Shown: piece after piece, positions 36,719 to 43,773 of the stretch | Position numbering within the stretch: position 1 is the stretch's first letter | Layout of the letters: every line of letters begins with the position of its first letter | From: an uncultured Rubrivirga sp. | GTDB lineage: Bacteria > Actinomycetota > Actinomycetes > S36-B12 | Assembly: GCA_964631085.1 (NCBI GenBank) | Contig: CAZVWA010000003.1 | Location: 1-43,773 of the forward strand | Reading direction: 5' to 3' | Length of the DNA stretch: 43,773 nt | Notes under the pieces: model-generated | The model's input: the letters and a program-made list of their open reading frames with translations, nothing else | The model's database searches: none | Told to the model about the DNA's origin: nothing | Made by a program: the position numbers and the translations under genes

Positions 36719-37831
36719 GTGGCCTCCCTCGAAATCGACGAACGCATCTCCGCGGTTCAGGCAACTCTCGCGAACCTGGAGAAGGTGTTCGACGTGCCGG
36801 CGACCGAAGCCGAGATCGGAGAACTCGAGATTGCAGCGTCGGCCCCGGACCTGTGGGACGACCAAGCCAATGCTCAGAAGGTCACCTCGCGACTGTCTTT
36901 CCTGCAAGGGGAACTTCGGCGGATGACCGAATTGACGTCCCGGTCGGCCGATATCCCGGTGATGTTCGAACTGGCCGAGGCTGAGGACGATCAGAGCGCG
37001 TTGGACGAGGCTGTCGCCGAACTCGATTCGCTGGAGAAGGACATTGGTGATCTAGAAGTTCGCACCCTGCTTTCAGGGGAGTATGACGAGCGCGAGGCTC
37101 TCGTGACTATTCGTTCAGAGGCGGGTGGTGTCGACGCCGCGGACTGGGCGGAGATGCTGATGCGCATGTATCTGCGCTACTGCGAGCGCCAGGGCTGGTC
37201 GGTGGAGATGTACGACACTTCCTACGCCGAGGAGGCGGGTATCAAATCGGCGACGTTCGCGGTGAAGGCACCGTACGCATACGGCACGCTCTCGGTCGAA
37301 CAGGGAACGCATCGGCTTGTGCGGATCTCACCGTTCGACAATCAGGGTCGTCGGCAGACATCGTTCGCCGGTGTCGAGGTGATTCCCGTGGTCGAACAGA
37401 CCGAGAGCATCGATATCCCCGAAGACGATCTCCGCGTAGACGTCTACCGATCGAGCGGTCCGGGTGGGCAGGGTGTGAACACCACCGACTCCGCGGTCCG
37501 GCTCACGCATATTCCCACCGGCATCGTCGTCTCCTGCCAGAACGAGCGCTCGCAGTTGCAGAACAAGGCGACGGCGATGGGCATTTTGCAGGCCAAGCTG
37601 CTCGAACGTCGCCGCCAGGAAGAGCAGGCGAAGATCGACGCCCTCAAGGGTGATTCGTCCGGGTCCTGGGGCAATCAGATGCGTTCCTATGTGCTGCACC
37701 CCTACCAGATGGTCAAGGATCTGCGGACCGAGCACGAGACAGGGAATACGCAGGCCGTCCTCGACGGTGAGATCGACGACTTCATCGCTTCGGGAATCAG
37801 GTGGCGCAGGCAACAGGCGGCCGCGTCCTGA
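36719..37831 (+). CDS. prfB: peptide chain release factor 2 (single continuous frame, no +1 frameshift site)
   Basis: SPF tripeptide (RISPFD) and GGQ (SGPGGQGVN). GTG 36719 gives the family-typical 370 aa. The track ORF starts at 36638. Confidence 0.9.
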   Translation: MASLEIDERISAVQATLANLEKVFDVPATEAEIGELEIAASAPDLWDDQANAQKVTSRLSFLQGELRRMTELTSRSADIPVMFELAEAEDDQSALDEAVAELDSLEKDIGDLEVRTLLSGEYDEREALVTIRSEAGGVDAADWAEMLMRMYLRYCERQGWSVEMYDTSYAEEAGIKSATFAVKAPYAYGTLSVEQGTHRLVRISPFDNQGRRQTSFAGVEVIPVVEQTESIDIPEDDLRVDVYRSSGPGGQGVNTTDSAVRLTHIPTGIVVSCQNERSQLQNKATAMGILQAKLLERRRQEEQAKIDALKGDSSGSWGNQMRSYVLHPYQMVKDLRTEHETGNTQAVLDGEIDDFIASGIRWRRQQAAAS

Positions 37832-37901
37832 CGGGCTCGGGCCCGGCCTGTGCTTAGACTGCCGATGGCCCGCGAACGATTCCCCCGACCACGAGGCAAC
37901 C

Positions 37902-38591
37902 GTGATTCTCTTCGACCACGTCAGCAAGACCTACGCCAGCCAGAATCGGCCTGCGCTCGACGACGTGTCCTTGGAGATCGAGAAGGGGGAGTTCGTCTTC
38001 CTCGTCGGACCCTCGGGATCGGGAAAATCGACCTTCCTGCGTCTGGTTCTTCGTGAGGAGCGCCCGAACTCCGGACAGGTCTGGGTGCTGGGCAAGGAAC
38101 TCAACCGGCTATCCAATTGGAAAATTCCGGCGCTTAGGCGCCAGATCGGCACCGTTTTCCAGGACTTCCGATTGCTGCCGAATAAGAGCGTGTTCGAGAA
38201 CGTCGCATTCGCCCTCGAGGTCATCGGCAAGCCGCGCTCGCATATCCGAAAGGTCGTTCCCGAAGTGCTCGAGGTCGTTGGGCTCGAGGACAAAATGGAG
38301 CGTCGTCCCGACGAACTTTCCGGTGGCGAGCAGCAGCGCGTAGCCATCGCTCGAGCATTCGTCAATCGCCCGATGCTGTTGATCGCAGACGAGCCCACCG
38401 GAAACCTCGACCCCAACACATCGATCGGCATCATGAAGTTGCTCGATCGCATCAACCGACTGGGAACTACGGTCATCATGTCCACCCACGATGCCCAGAT
38501 CGTCGACCAGATGCGTCGTCGAGTTATCGAACTCGAGACCGGTCACCTCGTGCGTGACCAGTCGCGCGGTGTCTACGGATACGCCCGCTGA
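37902..38591 (+). CDS. ftsE: cell division ATP-binding protein FtsE
   Basis: [11 protein letters not shown]..., [18 protein letters not shown]. 229 aa from GTG 37902. The track ORF starts at 37650, inside prfB. Confidence 0.9.
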   Translation: MILFDHVSKTYASQNRPALDDVSLEIEKGEFVFLVGPSGSGKSTFLRLVLREERPNSGQVWVLGKELNRLSNWKIPALRRQIGTVFQDFRLLPNKSVFENVAFALEVIGKPRSHIRKVVPEVLEVVGLEDKMERRPDELSGGEQQRVAIARAFVNRPMLLIADEPTGNLDPNTSIGIMKLLDRINRLGTTVIMSTHDAQIVDQMRRRVIELETGHLVRDQSRGVYGYAR

Positions 38592-39499
38592 TGCGTGCGA
38601 CGTTCGTAACCAGCGAGGTCGGAGCCGGACTTCGGCGCAACCTCACCATGACCTTCGCGGTCATCATCACGGTTGCAGTCTCACTTGCATTGTTCGGCGT
38701 CAGCCTTCTTGTTCGCGCGCAGGTAACGACCATGCAGGATTTCTGGTACGACAAGGTCGAGGTTTCGATCTTTCTGTGTGCTCGGGGTAGTGACGCTGCC
38801 TCCTGCGCGAGCGGAGCGGTCACCGACGCGCAACGCGATCAGATACGCGCAGACCTCGAGTCTCTGCGGCCTCTGGTCGAAGAGGTCTACTACGAGTCGA
38901 AGGAAGAGGCCTACGAGCGCTTCCGTGAGCAGTTCGCCAATTCCCCGATCGTGGAGAACGTCACGGCCGAAGCTTTGCCGGAGTCGTTCCGTGTCAAGCT
39001 CGCCGATCCCACCCAGTACGACGTCGTGGCTTCGGCATTCGCTGGACGACCCGGCATCGAACAGGTCAATGACCAACGGCAAATTCTCGACAAGTTCTTC
39101 CGATTACTCAACGGCCTGCAGGCCATCGCCTTGATCATTGCGATCGTGATGCTGGTCGTCACGGTGCTGCTGATCGTCAACACCATGCGCGTCGCAGCAT
39201 TCAGCCGGCGCCGCGAAACCGGGATTATGCGGCTGGTCGGGGCGTCGAACTTCTACATTCAGTTGCCGTTCCTCCTTGAAGCCGCCGTTGCCGCGGCCCT
39301 CGGGGCGGGCCTGGCCGTGGTCGGCCTGGTGGCGGTCAAGAGCTTCGTGATCGACCGGGTCCTGGCGCCGTCCTTCCAGTTCACCGCCTTCGTGGGCTGG
39401 GACGCCGTGGTGGCCATCGCCCCGATCCTGTTCCTCACGGGCATCCTGCTGGCCTCGCTCGCGGCCTTCTTCACATTGCGCAAGTACCTCCGCGTGTGA
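38591..39499 (+). CDS. ftsX: cell division permease-like protein FtsX
   Basis: TGATG overlap with ftsE. TM1, a large extracellular loop, then three C-terminal TMs. Confidence 0.9.
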   Translation: MRATFVTSEVGAGLRRNLTMTFAVIITVAVSLALFGVSLLVRAQVTTMQDFWYDKVEVSIFLCARGSDAASCASGAVTDAQRDQIRADLESLRPLVEEVYYESKEEAYERFREQFANSPIVENVTAEALPESFRVKLADPTQYDVVASAFAGRPGIEQVNDQRQILDKFFRLLNGLQAIALIIAIVMLVVTVLLIVNTMRVAAFSRRRETGIMRLVGASNFYIQLPFLLEAAVAAALGAGLAVVGLVAVKSFVIDRVLAPSFQFTAFVGWDAVVAIAPILFLTGILLASLAAFFTLRKYLRV

Positions 39500-39527
39500 C
39501 AACTGAGGTTTATGTGACTTCTGGGGT

Positions 39528-39533
39528 TATCCT
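39528..39533 (+). promoter_or_regulatory. -10 box TATCCT, 6 nt upstream of the M23 peptidase GTG (leaderless pattern)
   Basis: TATCCT-tggcgg-GTG(39540). Confidence 0.45.
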
Positions 39534-39539
39534 TGGCGG

Positions 39540-40904
39540 GTGCTTCCCCGCCGCTTGCTGACCCCTGCGCTCCTCCTGGCGGGTCTTGGCCTCTCCGCTT
39601 CGGTCCTGACCGGACCGGCTCAAGCCTTGCTGCCGGCGGACAAGGACTCCGGGAAGTCAAGTTCTGAACTCAAGGCCGAAAAGCGCGACGTCGAGTCGCA
39701 AATCGACGCAACGGAAGACGCCCTCGCCAAGGCCGGCAAGAAGGTCAAGAAGGCCGTCGCCACCTTCAAGGATGTGGATGCCCGTTGGCAGGCCGCCCGA
39801 GAGTCACGTCGGGAGGCGCTCGAGGAGGCGCGAGCCGCGCGGGAAGAAGCTCAGGCAGCCCAGGCCCGCGCGATGCGCGCACGGCAGGCGTTGCAGGTCG
39901 CGCAGCAGCAAAAGATCGTGGTCGAAGGCAAACTCGACGACATCCACGGCCAGATGGACGACATGGCTCGCGCCGTCTACACCCGCGGGCCGCTCGCGGA
40001 GATCGAGGTTGTTCTCGATGCCAGCAGTCCCGGTGACTTCCAGGCACGACTGGCCAGCGTCGACACCGTCAGTCGCATGCAGGCGGGGGTCCAAAAGTCT
40101 CTGACTCAGACTGAGGCAGACCTTGTCATGCAGGGGGTGCGACTGGAAGCCCTGCGCCTGGAGGCCGAAGCCGAGGATGCTGCGGCTGCGCAAGCCCTCG
40201 AAGACGCTCGGGCAGCACTACGGAAGGCCAAGGAAAAGCAGGCCAAGGTCGCCGAGCTCCGCAAGGAGCGCAAAGCCGCTCTGGGCAAGGCGCAGGCTTT
40301 CAAGTCGAAGGTCAAGAAGCGCTACGAGGACCTCGTCGCGGAGCAACAACGCCTTGCCGCGGCAGCACGCAAGGCGGCAGCCGAGGAAGAACGACGACGC
40401 AAGGAAGCCGAGGAGGCTGCCCGAAAGGCAGCCGAGGAAGCGCGTAAGCGTGGCGAGGAACCGCCTCCGGCCGCCGCACCCGCATTCACCGCTACCGGAT
40501 CACTGATGATGCCAACGAGCGGCAGCCCGTCGTCCGATCCGGGTCCGCGTGTGCATCCAATCTTTAAGCGAAAGTCGTGTCACACGGGTTGGGACATTGC
40601 TGCGCCCGGAGGAACACCAATCGTGGCGGCGGACAACGGCTCGGTCGCCACCATCAGCAGTGGCGGTGCCTACGGCAACGCGGTCATGCTCGTGCACGGC
40701 GATGGATTGACCACTTTCTACGCCCACATGTCCTCCACGAACGTCAAGATCGGTCAGGTCGTCAATAAGGGCGATGTCATCGGCTCGGTCGGTTCGACCG
40801 GCTGGTCGACCGGCAACCACCTCCACTTCGAGGTTCGCATCAATGGCACGCCGTATGATCCTCGGGGTTGGTTCGGGGGATCGCGTTCCCCGATTCCTTG
40901 CTGA
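39540..40904 (+). CDS. secreted M23 (LytM) family metallopeptidase with long N-terminal coiled coil (EnvC/PcsB-like architecture)
   Basis: Signal peptide ending in AQA. About 270 aa of Ala/Glu/Lys/Arg-rich coiled coil. The C-terminal domain keeps HxxxD (HTGWD) and HxH (HLH). Confidence 0.85.
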   Translation: MLPRRLLTPALLLAGLGLSASVLTGPAQALLPADKDSGKSSSELKAEKRDVESQIDATEDALAKAGKKVKKAVATFKDVDARWQAARESRREALEEARAAREEAQAAQARAMRARQALQVAQQQKIVVEGKLDDIHGQMDDMARAVYTRGPLAEIEVVLDASSPGDFQARLASVDTVSRMQAGVQKSLTQTEADLVMQGVRLEALRLEAEAEDAAAAQALEDARAALRKAKEKQAKVAELRKERKAALGKAQAFKSKVKKRYEDLVAEQQRLAAAARKAAAEEERRRKEAEEAARKAAEEARKRGEEPPPAAAPAFTATGSLMMPTSGSPSSDPGPRVHPIFKRKSCHTGWDIAAPGGTPIVAADNGSVATISSGGAYGNAVMLVHGDGLTTFYAHMSSTNVKIGQVVNKGDVIGSVGSTGWSTGNHLHFEVRINGTPYDPRGWFGGSRSPIPC

Positions 40905-40969
40905 ACCAACGGCCCCAACTTGGCGAAAAGTGCACCCCTGGTGACGTAGACGAATTCTTGGAGGACGCG

Positions 40970-41911
40970 ATGAGCGAAAACTCCGAGATGGGGCTTGCCG
41001 CCCACCCCGAGCCGCGGCGGATTTCGCGGCGCGGGATCGTCATTGGGCTCATCGTGCTCAGCATCTTCGCAATCGCGTACGCGCTCGTGGTTCGCGCGTA
41101 TCAAGTCGATGGCGACATCACGACTACACCGTCGGTCTCAACGCCTGATGCAGGGTTCCTGGCCGTCGCAAGACCCATTGATTTCGATGCGCGAACCAAC
41201 ACGATGACCGTGCGCTTCTTGTTCGATGTGACGGATTCGGATTTGCTGGACGACGGTGACCGACTCTCCCAGGGCGTCCGGGTAACGGTCTTTGCCGTCG
41301 ATGGTGCTCATGAAGTCAGATTTGCCAAAGGTGAACCCATCGGTAACGCCGAGTTGGAGATCGGCACGTCGGGAGATGTCTACGCCTATCCCCTTGATGA
41401 CCACGATGGCTTTATGTCGATGTCGGTCGAGACTTTCGAACGTGGTGCGGGAGGAGTCAATGAGACGACTGGTTCGATCCAAGGGGCATTGGACGTTGAT
41501 GGATCCGTCCCCGGTTGGGATATCAACGCACAGGCGCTAAGCCAGGAGGATTTCCCCTTCATCATCATGGATCTGAAGCGCGCCTTCTCAACCAAGGCGT
41601 TTGCCATCGTGCTCATTGGGATGACGATCACGGTTTCGGTGCTGGCATTTATTGCCGCGATCCTCACGCTGACTAATCGGCGACGCTTCGAGGTCGCACT
41701 CCTGACATGGAACGGTGCATTGCTATTCGCACTTCCATTGCTTCGCAACTACTTGCCCGGGACGCCGCCAATCGGTGCAGCACTGGATATCTATGTCTAC
41801 TTGTGGGTGATCTTGGTCGCCGTCATCTCGCTCGTCCTGATGCTTATCGCTTGGGCGGAGCAACGAAAGGCAGACCTGCTCGAGGAACGCGCCAAGCTGC
41901 AGGGAGCCTGA
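40970..41911 (+). CDS. membrane protein, possibly DUF4436 family
   Basis: GGAGGA lies 4 nt upstream of ATG 40970. N-terminal TM, about 180 aa extracytoplasmic domain, three C-terminal TMs. The family name is from memory only. Confidence 0.6.
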   Translation: MSENSEMGLAAHPEPRRISRRGIVIGLIVLSIFAIAYALVVRAYQVDGDITTTPSVSTPDAGFLAVARPIDFDARTNTMTVRFLFDVTDSDLLDDGDRLSQGVRVTVFAVDGAHEVRFAKGEPIGNAELEIGTSGDVYAYPLDDHDGFMSMSVETFERGAGGVNETTGSIQGALDVDGSVPGWDINAQALSQEDFPFIIMDLKRAFSTKAFAIVLIGMTITVSVLAFIAAILTLTNRRRFEVALLTWNGALLFALPLLRNYLPGTPPIGAALDIYVYLWVILVAVISLVLMLIAWAEQRKADLLEERAKLQGA

Positions 41912-41912
41912 G

Positions 41913-42389
41913 GTGGCCCGCGAGACTGGCAAGAAGGTAATCGCGCAGAACCGCAAGGCTCGCCACGACTACTCCATTGAAGACGTCTATGAAGCTGGAC
42001 TGCAGTTGACGGGCACGGAGGTCAAGAGCCTGAGAGCGGGTCGGGCAACCATTACCGACGGTTACGGCTTCTATGACAACGGTGAAGTGTGGCTTAAAGG
42101 CGTGCACATTCCCGAGTACGACCTCGGAACCTGGACCAACCACGAGCCTCGTCGTTCACGAAAACTTCTCCTTCACAAAGAAGAGATTCGTCGCATTGCC
42201 GGCAAGGTCAAGGACACCGGTATCACCCTCGTGCCGCTGTCGCTTTACTTCAAAGACGGCTACGCGAAGGTGGAGCTTGCCGTGGCACGTGGCCGCAAGA
42301 GCCACGACAAGCGTCACGCGATCGCCGAACGCGAGGCCAAGCGTGAGGCGCAGCGCGCCGTGGGTCGACGAGACAAGGGGATTGAGTAG
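41913..42389 (+). CDS. smpB: SsrA-binding protein SmpB
   Basis: [34 protein letters not shown] is the canonical SmpB N-terminus. Confidence 0.95.
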   Translation: MARETGKKVIAQNRKARHDYSIEDVYEAGLQLTGTEVKSLRAGRATITDGYGFYDNGEVWLKGVHIPEYDLGTWTNHEPRRSRKLLLHKEEIRRIAGKVKDTGITLVPLSLYFKDGYAKVELAVARGRKSHDKRHAIAEREAKREAQRAVGRRDKGIE

Positions 42390-42392
42390 CAG

Positions 42393-43682
42393 GTGGGTTT
42401 GCTCTCCGGGACGGCTTTGATCCCCGCCCCTCACAAGGGTTTCTATGGCTGGCGCATGGTCGGCTTCGCTGCGGTCGTCCTTGCCCTGACCGGTCCGGGA
42501 CAGACCTACGGCGTCTCCGTATTCGTCGATCCGATGATCAACGATCTCGGCATTTCCCGAACTCAAATGACCACCGCGTACCTCATCGGCACTTTGGTAG
42601 GAGCCCTCGCTCTGCCGTGGATCGGTCAGGCGATCGACCGTTACGGCGTGCGGCGCACCATGGCGATCATCGGAGCCATCTTCGGTGGCCTGTTGATCGG
42701 GATGTCGCTCGTTGCCAACATCGTTGGGCTCACCGTGGGGTTCATCGGCATCCGGATGATGGGGCAAGGCGCACTGAATCTCACGGCCACAACAGCCGTC
42801 GCGTTGTGGTTCACCCGCAAGCGTGGTTTCGCAATGGGCATCGTCGCTGCGGCCGGGGGAGTTGGGATGACCCTTATCCCTCTTCTGGGTGAACGACTCA
42901 TCGCTGATCACGGTTGGCGAACCGCATGGGTCGTTGAAGGCTTGGTCGTTTGGGCGATCGTCCTTCCGATCGCCCTCATCGGTGTTCGTAATCGACCGAG
43001 TGACATTGGACAGCACGTTGATGGGGATCCTGCCCCGGAGGGCACATCAACCGAGGTCTGGGGCGTCACCCGAAAGGAAGCGCTTCGAACAAGTTTCTTC
43101 TGGCTGGTTACGGCAGCGGTTGCGACCATTTCGACTATCACCACGGCAGTGGTGTTCCACCAGATTGACCTGCTCGGCAGCCGAGGGCTCACTCCCGCCG
43201 AAGCGGCCGCGAACTTTATTCCGCAAACCCTGGCAACGCTCGTCGCAACCTTGGGCATTGGCGCCCTCGCCGACCGAGTTTCACCTCGCATTGTTCTCGT
43301 GGTGTCGATGACCATGATGGTCGGCGGCCTTCTCACTGGAACGGTCGTTACCCCCGGCTTCATCGCAATCTCCTTCGGGATGATGATCGGAGCGGCCGGA
43401 GGAGCGATGCGGGTAGTGGAGGCAACCGAACTGCCCCGCTATTTCGGGACACTTCACATAGGTGCGATCCGGGGTGTGGTTACTTCCGTTGGAATTGCCG
43501 GTGCGGCGATTGGCCCTGTTCTGTTCTCTCTCGGCCATGACGTGACCGGCAATTACACGGCCGTGCTGTTAGCAAGCATCACCATTCCTGTTGTTGTGAT
43601 CATCGGTGCCCTCATCGTGCGGCTGCCCCGACACACCACCCCCGATGCCCAAGGGGAAGCCCACGTCGTCACGGACGCATGA
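42393..43682 (+). CDS. MFS transporter
   Basis: 429 aa, about 12 TM helices. The start codon is uncertain. Confidence 0.8.
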   Translation: MGLLSGTALIPAPHKGFYGWRMVGFAAVVLALTGPGQTYGVSVFVDPMINDLGISRTQMTTAYLIGTLVGALALPWIGQAIDRYGVRRTMAIIGAIFGGLLIGMSLVANIVGLTVGFIGIRMMGQGALNLTATTAVALWFTRKRGFAMGIVAAAGGVGMTLIPLLGERLIADHGWRTAWVVEGLVVWAIVLPIALIGVRNRPSDIGQHVDGDPAPEGTSTEVWGVTRKEALRTSFFWLVTAAVATISTITTAVVFHQIDLLGSRGLTPAEAAANFIPQTLATLVATLGIGALADRVSPRIVLVVSMTMMVGGLLTGTVVTPGFIAISFGMMIGAAGGAMRVVEATELPRYFGTLHIGAIRGVVTSVGIAGAAIGPVLFSLGHDVTGNYTAVLLASITIPVVVIIGALIVRLPRHTTPDAQGEAHVVTDA

Positions 43683-43705
43683 CCAGACACCCCGATAACT
43701 GGCGT

Positions 43706-43711
43706 ACAATA
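43706..43711 (+). promoter_or_regulatory. candidate -10 box TACAAT for ssrA
   Basis: TACAAT lies 17 nt before the GGGGG that begins the tmRNA acceptor arm. This would give a short 5' leader for RNase P to remove. Confidence 0.4.
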
Positions 43712-43728
43712 GGGGCATAACTCAACAG

Positions 43729-43773
43729 GGGGTGACAGGTTTCGACGGACAGTCGCTCTGCCCGGAGAAGCGT
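43729..43773 (+). ncRNA. ssrA: tmRNA (ssrA), 5' portion only; continues past the window edge
   Basis: GGGGGTGACAGGTTTCGACGG matches the conserved tmRNA 5' acceptor/tRNA-like start (GGGGnUGAnnGGUUUCGAC), and the position downstream of smpB fits. Confidence 0.8.

Noticed and set aside
36719-36830. Programmed +1 frameshift site in prfB (CTT TGA C after an internal SD), as seen in many bacteria.
   Set aside because: The RF2 frame is continuous from GTG 36719 through the SPF and GGQ motifs, with no in-frame TGA near codon 25.
40970-41911. Calling the DUF4436-like gene a horizontally acquired island on the basis of low GC.
   Set aside because: My samples gave 54-57% G+C here. A sample from the clearly native VanW gene gave 56%, and smpB gave 60%. 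The dip is therefore within the variation seen in this window, and no flanking repeats or integrase are present.

Overview
High-GC actinobacterial chromosome segment; my hand counts of 100-nt samples gave 54-66% G+C. It is densely packed with about 50 CDS, and it holds no rRNA, tRNA, CRISPR array, transposase, integrase or phage gene. Most of it is conserved housekeeping sequence. From memory, gene order matches three blocks that lie apart in Mycobacterium tuberculosis. Block 1 runs typA, mshB, fdx, dapC, dapD/dapE, LOG, DUF3117, O-methyltransferase, htrA, tatB, mrp, DUF1003 and the MgtE_N/CBS gene (1.6-22.6 kb). Block 2 runs ParA-like, DEAD-box helicase, ferritin-like, DUF3107 and TetR (29.5-33.8 kb). 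Block 3 runs prfB, ftsE, ftsX, smpB and ssrA (36.7-43.8 kb). The window starts inside ychF and ends inside the tmRNA gene. The less conserved genes sit at the joints between blocks: EamA and MFS transporters, a malyl-CoA-lyase-like gene coupled to a membrane J-domain protein, an acyl-CoA dehydrogenase with a Nudix gene, a Cas4-like PD-(D/E)XK nuclease, an orphan RsbW-like ATPase, and an ABC-2 exporter coupled to an alpha/beta hydrolase. I found no convincing defence island or mobile element, and no clearly novel system. The most checkable observations are these: (1) a recurrent TAnnnT-N6-start-codon pattern implying that about a quarter of the genes are leaderless, including two back-to-back divergent pairs; (2) the lyase / J-domain / acyl-CoA dehydrogenase / Nudix cluster; (3) the uncharacterised PRC/MgtE_N/CBS, DUF1003 and Mrp operon; (4) sigE-rseA missing from their usual slot; (5) a 220-nt gap before prfB with hairpins and a possible 39-codon ORF; (6) a 55-codon DUF3117 gene absent from the ORF track. 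All functional calls rest on motif-level reading of the translations. No database search was run.
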